64,000 nucleotides of DNA from Eledone cirrhosa (GCA_964016885.1 OZ024742.1:191580001-191644000); one strand, 5' to 3'; shown: positions 43,760 through 56,815, counted from the first letter of the stretch. Made by a program: numbers and translations. Notes: generated by a model not told the origin, from the letters alone.

Positions 43760-45362
43760 ATATCCAGTGCTTTTATCGAGAATGACACAGCTAGAGACTT
43801 ATAGAATACTTAGCTGTGTACAGGAACTGGTTTGAAAGAGCGGTTGCCGGTCCGGCAGAAATTAGAAATTGGAATAAATGCTCTGAAATAGCGATATATA
43901 TGTGAATATAGACATAGAATATTCGAAAATATTCTGTATGTTTATAATAAACATTTTGAAGACCTAATCGCTATAGAATAGAATACGTCACGTATTACAA
44001 TTAGATTCTCGATAAAAGCAAGGGAAGTAATCTACGCGTTTCATTCTTGTTAGAAATCATCAGGACTACATATCCAGTGCTTTTATCGAGAATGACACAG
44101 CTAGAGACTTATAGAATACTTAGCTGTGTACAGGAACTGGTTTGAAAGAGCGGTTGCCGGTCCGGCAGAAATTAGAAATTGGAATAAATGCTCTGAAATA
44201 GCGATATATATGTGAATATAGACATAGAATATTCGAAAATATTCTGTATGTTTATAATAAACATTTTGAAGACCTAATCGCTATAGAATAGAATACGTCA
44301 CGTATTACAATTAGATTCTCGATAAAAGCAAGGGAAGTAATCTACGCGTTTCATTCTTGTTAGAAATCATCAGGACTACATATCCAGTGCTTTTATCGAG
44401 AATGACACAGCTAGAGACTTATAGAATACTTAGCTGTGTACAGGAACTGGTTTGAAAGAGCGGTTGCCGGTCCGGCAGAAATTAGAAATTGGAATAAATG
44501 CTCTGAAATAGCGATATATATGTGAATATAGACATAGAATATTCGAAAATATTCTGTATGTTTATAATAAACATTTTGAAGACCTAATCGCTATAGAATA
44601 GAATACGTCACGTATTACAATTAGATTCTCGATAAAAGCAAGGGAAGTAATCTACGCGTTTCATTCTTGTTAGAAATCATCAGGACTACATATCCAGTGC
44701 TTTTATCGAGAATGACACAGCTAGAGACTTATAGAATACTTAGCTGTGTACAGGAACTGGTTTGAAAGAGCGGTTGCCGGTCCGGCAGAAATTAGAAATT
44801 GGAATAAATGCTCTGAAATAGCGATATATATGTGAATATAGACATAGAATATTCGAAAATATTCTGTATGTTTATAATAAACATTTTGAAGACCTAATCG
44901 CTATAGAATAGAATACGTCACGTATTACAATTAGATTCTCGATAAAAGCAAGGGAAGTAATCTACGCGTTTCATTCTTGTTAGAAATCATCAGGACTACA
45001 TATCCAGTGCTTTTATCGAGAATGACACAGCTAGAGACTTATAGAATACTTAGCTGTGTACAGGAACTGGTTTGAAAGAGCGGTTGCCGGTCCGGCAGAA
45101 ATTAGAAATTGGAATAAATGCTCTGAAATAGCGATATATATGTGAATATAGACAGAATATTCGAAAATATTCTGTATGTTTATAATAAACATTTTTCGAA
45201 TATTCTATGTCTATATTCACATATATATCGCTATTTCAGAGCATTTATTCCAATTTCTAATTTCTGCCGGACCGGCAACCGCTCTTTCAAACCAGTTCCT
45301 GTACACAGCTAAGTATTCTATAAGTCTCTAGCTGTGTCATTCTCGATAAAAGCACTGGATAT

Positions 45363-45405
45363 GTAGTCCTGATGATTTCTAACAAGAATGAAACGCGTAG
45401 ATTAC
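45363..45405 (+). ncRNA. Minimal type I hammerhead (also at 45673, 45983, 46293, 46603, 46913)
   Basis: gtagtc-CTGATGA-t-ttct-aaca-agaa-t-GAAA-cgcg-TA-gattac; palindromic ACGCGT stem III; predicted cleavage after 45399. Confidence 0.85.
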
Positions 45406-47136
45406 TTCCCTTGCTTTTATCGAGAATCTAATTGTAATACGTGACGTATTCTATTCTATAGCGATTAGGTCTTCAAAATGTTTATTATAAACATACAGAA
45501 TATTTTCGAATATTCTATGTCTATATTCACATATATATCGCTATTTCAGAGCATTTATTCCAATTTCTAATTTCTGCCGGACCGGCAACCGCTCTTTCAA
45601 ACCAGTTCCTGTACACAGCTAAGTATTATATAAGTCTCTAGCTGTGTCATTCTCGATAAAAGCACTGGATATGTAGTCCTGATGATTTCTAACAAGAATG
45701 AAACGCGTAGATTACTTCCCTTGCTTTTATCGAGAATCTAATTGTAATACGTGACGTATTCTATTCTATAGCGATTAGGTCTTCAAAATGTTTATTATAA
45801 ACATACAGAATATTTTCGAATATTCTATGTCTATATTCACATATATATCGCTATTTCAGAGCATTTATTCCAATTTCTAATTTCTGCCGGACCGGCAACC
45901 GCTCTTTCAAACCAGTTCCTGTACACAGCTAAGTATTCTATAAGTCTCTAGCTGTGTCATTCTCGATAAAAGCACTGGATATGTAGTCCTGATGATTTCT
46001 AACAAGAATGAAACGCGTAGATTACTTCCCTTGCTTTTATCGAGAATCTAATTGTAATACGTGACGTATTCTATTCTATAGCGATTAGGTCTTCAAAATG
46101 TTTATTATAAACATACAGAATATTTTCGAATATTCTATGTCTATATTCACATATATATCGCTATTTCAGAGCATTTATTCCAATTTCTAATTTCTGCCGG
46201 ACCGGCAACCGCTCTTTCAAACCAGTTCCTGTACACAGCTAAGTATTCTATAAGTCTCTAGCTGTGTCATTCTCGATAAAAGCACTGGATATGTAGTCCT
46301 GATGATTTCTAACAAGAATGAAACGCGTAGATTACTTCCCTTGCTTTTATCGAGAATCTAATTGTAATACGTGACGTATTCTATTCTATAGCGATTAGGT
46401 CTTCAAAATGTTTATTATAAACATACAGAATATTTTCGAATATTCTATGTCTATATTCACATATATATCGCTATTTCAGAGCATTTATTCCAATTTCTAA
46501 TTTCTGCCGGACCGGCAACCGCTCTTTCAAACCAGTTCCTGTACACAGCTAAGTATTCTATAAGTCTCTAGCTGTGTCATTCTCGATAAAAGCACTGGAT
46601 ATGTAGTCCTGATGATTTCTAACAAGAATGAAACGCGTAGATTACTTCCCTTGCTTTTATCGAGAATCTAATTGTAATACGTGACGTATTCTATTCTATA
46701 GCGATTAGGTCTTCAAAATGTTTATTATAAACATACAGAATATTTTCGAATATTCTATGTCTATATTCACATATATATCGCTATTTCAGAGCATTTATTC
46801 CAATTTCTAATTTCTGCCGGACCGGCAACCGCTCTTTCAAACCAGTTCCTGTACACAGCTAAGTATTCTATAAGTCTCTAGCTGTGTCATTCTCGATAAA
46901 AGCACTGGATATGTAGTCCTGATGATTTCTAACAAGAATGAAACGCGTAGATTACTTTCCTTGCTTTTATCGAGAATCTAATTGTAATACGTGACGTATT
47001 CTATTCTATAGCGATTAGGTCTTCAAAATGTTTATTATAAACATACAGAATATTTTCGAATATTCTATGTCTATATTCATATATATATATATATAAAGTT
47101 ATGTATGTATATATATACATATATATATATATATAT

Positions 47137-50100
47137 TTATAGTTATAGGAATAACCAAAGAGTGCTTAGATATACATTGTTTTATTAGCTAACAGTGTTT
47201 CATCCATACCCCATGGCAGGAATCAGCAGAGCCTATAAACAAGAGTATATCAGTAGTTGCATGCTCCATCGAGCTGTGTTACCAGAACAAGGTTAAATGA
47301 CCAGCAGGGGTCCCGTGGCCAGCGCTATATGGAAAATAACAGAATACATGATGCACATAATGTCATAAAATATCTTTAAAAGTTTAAAAATTACACCAAA
47401 AATGTATCACTTAAATGGTGCAGTAGATGATAAAGAGGTTGGGAGAGGGTAGCAACGGATGAGTGAGGGTATTACTCAGCATGATCACAAACAATAATAA
47501 AATAATAAAAAAGTATTCAAAATTACAAAAATACAATGATAAGAAAAATGATAAATATAAAAATACGAAACAATAAAGGAACAAAAAGCCTGGAAACCAC
47601 CCAAAATATAAGACAAATCAAAGCATGTATGATAGTCCATATGAGGGATGGTGTACTCCAATTATATCGCTTTGTAACAGGTTGATTCTCCGTATCATAT
47701 ACGCAGCCTACGAACCACATTGATATGTTCCAGTTCCGAACGTTAAGTGAGATAACACTATTTTTCTAAAACCTATACACAGGGGATTTATCACCATAGG
47801 CGGTCTGGGATATACACCTAAAATCTAAAATACAAAATAAAAGACAGTACGACGAGTTAAAGAAATGTATAGTACTTAAACCGCCGGCACAGATGTGAGG
47901 AAATTGAAAACACGCCAGGTCCGCAGAAACTGTCATTCCTCAAAATCCTCACGTTCGGTCGCTCAATCCAACGTGCCGTGTGAAATTCACTGTATGTCCA
48001 AGTTGGCGTTCAACCAATGTATCGTACCGCATATAACTGTACCACAGTAAATACAAATCGTGATGGCTATACCGTTACATATAGAGAAAAAGTGTATATA
48101 GGAAACTACGCTTCCAGAATCACATATGGCAGAATGAGCAGATATTGTTATAATAATAGGCGGGTTTATTAGAGTGAGTGCACATTTCTGTAGAATATAT
48201 AGGTATATATAGAAGAGAGAACTCACAGCCGAATCTGTCAATGACAGCTATGTTTTTTTATATTTCCGCCTCGTGGTTTTCGTTTAGATTATTGACCACG
48301 GAGGTTGCAATCCATTCACAGTCGGGTGTGACCCCTCCTGGGTTGGCGGGATTTCAATATCCAGTGCTGCACTTTGCCTTGAGTGTGGTTCTACAATTCA
48401 TCAAAGCTGGATCACAATTCATATTCAACTAACTCCAACTTTCAAAGATTAGTCTCTCGCTAGTAACACACAACGGTAGTCCGAATATAAACACAGGAAG
48501 TCGTAGTGTGTCTATGAAAGGTATGGGAGGCAATTCGCGTCATAAAGGGCGGATTCATTAGATATCCAACGGGATGCTAGCGGCGAGTCTTTTGTTTGAT
48601 TCGAAATCCTCAGCGATCAACCACCCCTTCCCCCTGGGGCTTGGTCGATTCAGCGGCGCCTAGCCAACACAATTTGCTACCGTAGTTCATTATACTAGGT
48701 TAGATCTATTACAGACTTTAAGGTTAATGTTAACTAGAACCCGGGTGCCCAATTCACCCGCTTTATAGCTGCGGCGAGGTTTTCTGGGCTTTCGACAGAC
48801 TATTGTGATGTGCTATCAGTTAGCGCACAATTGATGTGTTTATAAACCATACTAACATGGTTAGTGTGGGTATGTGCCTATATAGTGTCAAACTTTGCTA
48901 GGTATAGTGAAAAGCCTTAAGTAGGTTCTACCCCAGGTTTCTTGGCTTGTGGTCCAATAAGATGAACTAGGGAAGAGAGGAAGAAAAGTAAGAGAGGGGT
49001 GAGAAGAGATATTAGAGTAGTCTATATACACCTGAAGGGCAGTTATCGTCACAAAGGAACCAGGATGCAGTGCGGCGTGGTTTTACGTAGGCCAGACAAG
49101 ACGGAAATATGCAGGTCGTACATCATTAGCTAATTGGTCTAAAATAATAGGAGCTAAGATTTATGTGCGGGCAAGAAGAGAATATCTCCGACTTCCTATT
49201 TAGCAGGTTCAGTTTGGAGTGTATTATGGCGTGTGATTCAGAGAGACAAAGGTCACAGGTCTTGATAGGGGGTCTGTACTGCGATGATTTAGTGATGATT
49301 CTCCAATCAAGCGTGTATTGAATATCAGTGTTCTTCAGGACGGATATGTAACTAGCTAGGGATGTAGTATTCTTAAGTCTATCATGACTAAATGTATGGC
49401 GATGGGAGTTGTATCTAGTCTTAAAGGGGGTCGTACTAGGGGAAGAGTTAGCCCTGGGCATAGACAACCCATCTTCCGTGTTAGAGAGAACCTCGGGTGG
49501 TAACCTTACCTGGATGGGTTCGCAGGCTTCCCTGTCTTTCCTATTGCACTTCAGTTTTCTAGCTTTTATCCTAGTGTTAGTATTATTGCCATACCGATGA
49601 GGCGTGTTAAACCCTTTGGGTTGGTCAGAGCCGCCTACAGTACCCGTGTGTAGTTCCTATTTTTGTGTCCGCTTCTATTAGGCAAAGCCATATTGTGTGT
49701 GATTACATTATATTGTCCGGCCCTGGTGGTTTGGGCGTTGTTATGTATGTAGTATATTTTTTCTCTAAAACTGGACTTTGCTAGTGCTTTATTATAGTAC
49801 CTTGCATTAGACCTAAATGCATGTTCATTATGTGATAGTCTGATAATCCTGTTAGATACCGCTTTAATTATGGCATTTAGGACGGGTCTATGGTGGATGG
49901 AATTTGCATTTACGTATGTTAGTGTTTAATCTGGCTTGTGATAGGGTGAGAAGTATTTATTTCCCAAGTCCAGGATTACGTCTAGAAAGTTAACCGTTTT
50001 ATTATTTATGTCTATCGTTATGCTAAGGTTAAAGCTTTTGAAGAATTTATGTAGTTCATTTCTCGTCCTTTCTATATTATGTTTTTTATATTCAATAGTG

Positions 50101-50454
50101 AAGAGGGCGTCGTCACGGTATAGCCCACCTTTGAAATGCGGGAATGTGTAATGCAGTTCATGGAGGAGGTAAAGTCCAACCAAGTCAGTGACCTGCGCCG
50201 AATCGATGGACCCCATTGTGACATCAAAGTTATTCGGCGTGTTCTTCCGGGTCCAACGTTAGTCTTCGAAGAGGATGATAGTTCTCCGGGCAGCAAGGAT
50301 GATGTCAATTTGGGATCTAGTCAGGTCACTATTTTGCATAGCTAATATAAGGGCCTTATTTAGAAGGATGGGAGAGATCGAGGTATAGTATGAGTTGATA
50401 TCGAATTGGATGAACTTCAGGGACTTATGTTTACTAATGCTTGAGAACAATTTA
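47137..50454 (-). mobile_element. Naiad-type Penelope-like element, left (inverted) arm with RT
   Basis: FIQFDINSYY, MGSIDSAQVTDLVGLYLL, GLYRDDALF and VNFLDV; C-terminal half of GIY-YIG (49126-49433); long 3' region; mutated HHR (CTGCTGA) at ~47181-47238. Confidence 0.9.
49473..50454 (-). pseudogene. PLE reverse transcriptase core and thumb/linker, 5'-truncated and disrupted
   Basis: ORF pieces 50259-50454 and 49926-50216 carry the RT motifs; downstream YVNANSIHHRPVL..RIIRLS..YYNKAL. Confidence 0.85.
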
Positions 50455-51312
50455 ATGGGTTGTCTATGCCCAGGGCCAACTCTTCCCCTAGTACGAAAAA
50501 TAGGAAAAATAGACGAAGATCTAATTCCTACTTTAATCCACCTTACAACTCGGAGGTAAAAACCAATATACCAAAGGCATTCTTCTCGATCTAGGAAACC
50601 CCCCCCCCCGGTAGTAAATACCATAGTATCATTAATAAAAACATAATTAAGCTATCAATCTCCACTACTCCAAATCTAGCTCGTCACCTAGCCATAACGA
50701 ACAACAACAAAATTACAAAGGGTTTCGATACCATTGCAGCTGCGTCACACCCGCAACCAATAGATGGCCTGATGCGGCGTCACCCAACAATACTATCCAC
50801 ACATCTGATATATATACGGTTGCCAAATCTGGAACGCACGGAAAACCAAACATCTCCTGTGCCTCAGACTCACATACACCGCAAATGTAACTGCAGACGA
50901 AAGGCGGAGTGCCCCCTAAAGGAACAATGCCTTATAAACAATATTGTCTACGCATGTGATGTTACAACTCTGACCTCCTCCAAAATATATATAAGGGTCT
51001 ACATCGACCCCCTTTAAGACTAGATACAACTCCCATCGCTATACATTTAGTCATGATAGACTTAAGAATACTACATCCCTAGCTAGTTACATATCCGTCC
51101 TGAAGAACACTGATATTCAATACACGCTTGATTGGAGAATCATCACTAAATCATCGCAGTACAGACCCCCTATCAAGACCTGTGACCTTTGTCTCTCTGA
51201 ATCACACGCCATAATACACTCCAAACTGAACCTGCTAAATAGGAAGTCGGAGATATTCTCTTCTTGCCCGCACATAAATCTTAGCTCCTATTATTTTAGA
51301 CCAATTAGCTAA
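50455..51312 (+). pseudogene. PLE linker-ZnF-GIY-YIG endonuclease, frameshifted
   Basis: Motifs as listed for the right arm; frameshift near 50990; stop at 51310-51312. Confidence 0.85.
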
Positions 51313-53310
51313 TGATGTACGACCTGCATATTTCCGTCTTGTCTGGCCTACGTAAAACCACGCCGCACTGCATCCTGGTTCCTTTGTGACGATAACTGCC
51401 CTTCAGGTGTATATAGACTACTCTAATATCTCTTCTCACCCCTCTCTTACTTTTCTTCCTCTCTTCCCTAGTTCATCTTATTGGACCACAAGCCAAGAAA
51501 CCTGGGGTAGAACCTACTTAAGGCTTTTCACTATACCTAGTACAGTTTGACCCTCTATAGACACATACCCACACTAGCCATATTAGTATGGTTTATAAAC
51601 ACACCCATTGTGCGCTAACTGATAGCACAGCACAATAGTCTGTCGAAAGCCCAGAAAACCCCGCCGCAACTATAAAGCGGGTGAATTGGGCACCCGGGTT
51701 CTAGTTAACCTTAACCCTAAAGTGTGTAATAAATCTAACCTAGTATAGTGAAGTATGGTAGCAAATCGTGTGGCCCAGGCGCCGCTGAATCGACAAAGCC
51801 CCAGGGGGAAGGGGTGGTTGATCGCTGAGGGCTTCGAATCAAACAAAAGACTCGCCGCTAGCATCCCGTTGGATATCTAATGAATCCTCCCTTGATGACG
51901 CGAATTGCCTCCCATACCTTTCATAGGTACACTACGACTTCCTGTGTTTATATTCGGACTACCGTTATGTGTTACTAGCGAGAGACTAATCTTTGAAAGT
52001 TGGAGTTAGTTGAGTGTGAATTGTGATCCAGATTTGATGAATTATAGAACCACACTCAAGGCAAAGTGCAGCACTGGATATTGAACTCCCGCCAACCCAG
52101 GAGGGGTCACACCCGACTGTGAATGGATTACAACCCCCGGAGTCAATAATCTAAACGAAAACCACGTGGCGGAAATATAAATAACATAGCTGTCATTGAC
52201 AGATTTGGCTGTGAGTTCTCTCTTCTATATATATCTATATATTCTACAGAAATTTGCACTCACTCTAATAAACCCGCCTATTATTATAACAATATCTGCT
52301 CATTCTGCCATATGTGATTCTGGAAGCGTAGTTTCATATATACACTTTTTCTCTATATGTAACGGTATAGCCATCACGATTTGTATTTACTGTGGTACAG
52401 TTATATGCGGTACGATACATTGGTTGAACGCCAACTTGGACATACAGTGAATTTCACCTGGCACGTTGGATTGAGTGACCGAACGTGAGGATTTTGGGGA
52501 ATGACAGTTTCTGCGGACCTGGCGTGTTTTCAATCTCCTCACATCTGTGCCGGCTGTATATGTACTATACATTTCTTTAACTCGTCGTACTTTCTTTTAT
52601 TTTTTATTTTAGATTTTAGGTGTATATCCCAGACCGCCTATGGTGATAAATCCCCTGGGTATAGATTTTTGAAAAATAGTGTTATCTCACTTAACGTTCG
52701 GAATTGGAACATAACAATGTGGTTCGTAGGGAGCGTATATGATACGGAGAATCAACCTGTTACAAAGCAATATAATTGGAGTACACCATCCCTCATATGG
52801 ACTATCATACATGTAAGGCTGTACCACTGCTAACCAACTATTCTTTTCACAGACTCATGCATGCAAACTCTCTTAATCTTCCTGCACACTCTGTTTTTGC
52901 ACTGCTTGTGCTTTGGTGTATCTATGCTTTGCTTTGTCTTATATTTTGGGTGGTTTCCGGGCTTTTTGTTCCTTTATTGTTTTGTATTTTTATATTTATC
53001 ATTTTTCTTATCCCTGTATTTTTGCAATTTTGATATATTTTTATTATTTTCTTATTGTTTCTGATCATGCTGAGTAATACCCTCACTCATCCCTTGCTAC
53101 CCTCTCCCAACCTCTTTATCATCTACTGCACCATTTAAGTGATACATTTTTAGTGCAATTTTAAAATGTTTAAAGACATTTTGTGACATTATGTGCATAA
53201 TGTATTCTGTCTTTTTCCATATAGCGCTGGCGCTGGGACGCCCTGCTGGTCCTTTAACCTTGTTCTGGTAACACAGCTCGATGGAGCATGCAACTACTGA
53301 TATACTCTTC

Positions 53311-53369
53311 TTTATAGGCTCTGATGATTCCTGCCATGGGGTACTGATGAAACACTGTTAGCTAATAAC
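53311..53369 (+). ncRNA. Type I hammerhead at the Naiad 3' end
   Basis: ataggct-CTGATGA-ttcctgccatggggtactgat-GAAA-cactg-TT-agctaat. Confidence 0.75.
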
Positions 53370-54088
53370 ACAATGTATTTCTAAGCACTCTTTGGTTATT
53401 CCTATAACTATAACGGCTCTGTAGTATGCTAGTTATCCTACTTTGAGCTAAAACCACACTGTCAAACCAAGGGCAATATGTCTGGGCATATAAATATATT
53501 TGTCAACGAAATATATATATATATATTTATATATGTATACATATATAAATATATATATATATGTATATATATACATACTACTGTACGTCTGTATACTTAT
53601 ATGTATGTACGTATATATACTTATATTTAAGTAACAGCCGTACTAAGAGTGAAAAATGAAATTTCGTTTCATTTTTTCCGTTTATCGTTTTCGCTGAGCC
53701 CGGCTGATTAACTCACTCGATATGCAAATTAGGCTGCTCAGCCGTTAATATGCATAAGGAAAGTATATACTTTCAGACGTTCAATCATCTGGCAGGAAGG
53801 TATACGGTGCTGATGATAGCTAATAAACTTGAAACTATTACATCGTTCCTTTGTCAGTGTTGAACAAAAGGGCAACGATGGTTGCCGAACACTGTACGGC
53901 TTAATTCGGGATGTTTGTTTACAAACACACCGATCATTATAATAAATGTTCGGTAAATCCATACGTACATATATATATATGTGTGCATGTATGTATATAT
54001 ATATACATACTACTGTACGTCTGTATACATATATGTATGTACGTATACATACTTATATATATATATTTATATATATATACATATGTAA

Positions 54089-54141
<53 letters not shown>

Positions 54142-54316
54142 TAATTGACAAATGTGAAAAATAACATGGTTAACATTACAAAAAAGGGTACTTTATTTAG
54201 AGTCTAACAATTGTTTCTCTGATTGTGTTGTCAGATTGTGTACGCTAAAACTATCCTTAATAAGAAGTATTCACAACCTATAACGATATTTTGTTATCCC
54301 TTATACATACATATAA

Positions 54317-54352
<36 letters not shown>

Positions 54353-54378
54353 ATATATATGTATATATATATATATAA

Positions 54379-54445
<67 letters not shown>

Positions 54446-54880
54446 GTGCTCACATTCTGAACTATACGGGTTCAAATAAACTGCAAGTAATTCATAAAAT
54501 AAACCCCACCAAAATATGATAAATATATATATATATATATACAAGTAAAGAGAACAATGTTTTACTGTGAATGAGTCAGTAAATTTGTTAAATTAGTTAA
54601 TTTATATGACAAACAAGAATTCTTCAATTACTTGTTTACATTTATTCAACTTTTATATATTTCCTAACATCTCTCTGTCTGTTTTCTTTTCTCTTTCATC
54701 TTCCTCCACCCCCTTCAATTCTCTCTGTTCCCCACTCCTCACTGTCACACACTCTCTCTCGTTCTTTCGTTCATTTCCATTTCCTATTATTTTTCTCTTT
54801 AGTTTTCTTTATTTCACCTCCCTCTCTTTGTATCTTCTTTACACATAGTCTCTCGCTCTTTCTATCTCTACTCTTTAAAT

Positions 54881-54942
<62 letters not shown>

Positions 54943-55306
54943 TTGTTTCTTTACATTTTAATTTATCTTCTCCCCATCTCTCTCTAGACTTTAATTTATT
55001 CTCTCCCTGCGCCCTCTCACTGTATTTTTCTTTCCCCTGTTTTCATTGAGTCTTCTCCTCTGTCACTCACATTTTTTCTCTATGTCTCTCCAGTTTTCCA
55101 TTGCTCTCTTTCTCTCTCTTCTCACTTCCCCTCTCTCATCTCTCTCTATATATATTTATCTCTCTTCTCTCTCTCATCTCTCTCTCCCTCTCTCTCTCTT
55201 TCCGATGTAACCTCTAACTCATTTTTTTACACACACACACACTCACACGTTGCTTATTTTACTTCAACTTTGCCTCAATACATACCATTCTATACTTCTT
55301 AACTCC

Positions 55307-55345
<39 letters not shown>

Positions 55346-55864
55346 TCTCTCACTCTCTCTCTCTCTCTCTCTCTCCCTCTCTGTCTCTCTGTCTCTCTCT
55401 CTCTCTCTCCCTCTCCCTCTCTGTCTCTCTCTCTCTCTCATGCACATATGTACATACCGGGTGAACCAAATGAATATTTCGTTAAAACCCAACAGACATC
55501 TACACTTAGTAAGTTTAGAAGACAAAGGTGCACCTGATGTGCAGTATTATTGCAGTATAGTATTATGCAGACCTTTGCTGCACAAACTGCTGAGTAATAA
55601 CACCTTTTATGATGTAACAGCTGCAATTTCCTCCTGTGCACCCTCTCACCATTTCCTTTTAATTTCCTGCGGTTGCCTGCAGTTCTTAGTATCTACTACT
55701 ACTACAACTACTGCTTCTACCAGCACCACCACTACTCCTCCTACCACCACTACCACTACCACTACCACCAGCACCACTACCACTACTACTACTTCTACTA
55801 CTACTACTACTAATACTACCACCGCCACCTCTAATAATAAATTTAGATAATTATTTATTATGAA

Positions 55865-56340
55865 TAACAATAATGTTTTCTAATTTCGGCACAAAGCTGA
55901 GCATATTGGCGAGGCGGATGCCGATTAAATCGATCCACTACATGACTGCTAATTCATCGAACGTTGATAAATGAAAGGCAAGGGTGCCCTAGAGGGGGAT
56001 TGAACTCCGAACGTTTTCATAAATTTCAAGTTGCTTCTTTGGGACGAGGAAAAACACTGACTGATAGAATGAAGAATAGCTCATTATCCCACAGGCCATA
56101 CTGGATTGTGCAGAGTTAATCCCGATATAAGTAGTTTGAAATGGTTACCAGATAAATGTAATTTAAAACAACTCCAGAGATATGGAGCGGGGGGGGGGTC
56201 GATTATAGCAATCCAGTATTTGTCTGGTACTTCATTTTATCAACTCGGCAAGAATAAAAGGTGAATCTCACCTCAGTAGGATTTGAACTCAGAACGTATA
56301 AGACTCTTAATATACCACGTAACGATACGGACGCCCAAAT
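55865..56340 (-). mobile_element. Two old SINE remnants (55865-56015, 56180-56340)
   Basis: ggcacaaag..tgaaaggcaa..ttgaactc and ctggtacttcattttatc..ggatttgaactcagaacgta. Confidence 0.6.
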
Positions 56341-56815
56341 AGTAACAGGGATATATATTCAGAGTTTGTGGTAATCGTTTCCTGCTATCTTGGCTCTACG
56401 TTTGAATTTCACCTAACTCCACTGTTTCTTTTTCTCCATTCGATCTCGAAAATATATCTGTCCACTGATGGTATTTCCCTTTTTCTCTTTCTAACCGACA
56501 CAAATTATATGGCACTCTTACATGTTTTAGTTTGTCAACTAAATGGGAATACTGTATTCGACATACGTAGATGTATGTATATATGTACCTCTGGTTTTAT
56601 AATTTCACAAATGTTTGCCAAAAGAGAGAGAGAGTCGGTTTCTAACATAGTTAAAAGAATCTCTCATTGGAATTTACACAACATCAAATAGGTATATATG
56701 TATGCATGCTGTTGTATGTATGTATGTATATATGTATATATGTATTCATGTATATATTATTACTATTATTCGTTTCAAGGTTTTTTCTCGCGACAGCAGA
56801 AATTACACTCACACA

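Larger units (their letters stand above)
50455..53510 (+). mobile_element. Naiad-type PLE, right arm (linker, Zn finger, GIY-YIG, 2.1-kb 3' region, HHR, ~100-bp tail)
   Basis: YFNPPYNSEVKTNI; CNCRRKAECPLKEQCL..IVY..YI(G)ST..FKTRYNSH..CDLC..E..LLNRKSE..CPH; 51005-53413 is the inverted counterpart of 47137-49433. Confidence 0.9.

Noticed and set aside
50880-51312. Selenocysteine recoding, known in some Naiad elements
   Set aside because: All Zn-finger and C-terminal Cys codons here are TGT/TGC; no in-frame TGA at those positions and no convincing SECIS by eye.
52813-52926. 113-bp segment missing from the left Naiad arm, as a spliced intron
   Set aside because: It starts GTAAGG but does not end in AG; the breakpoints fit an ATG microhomology deletion.
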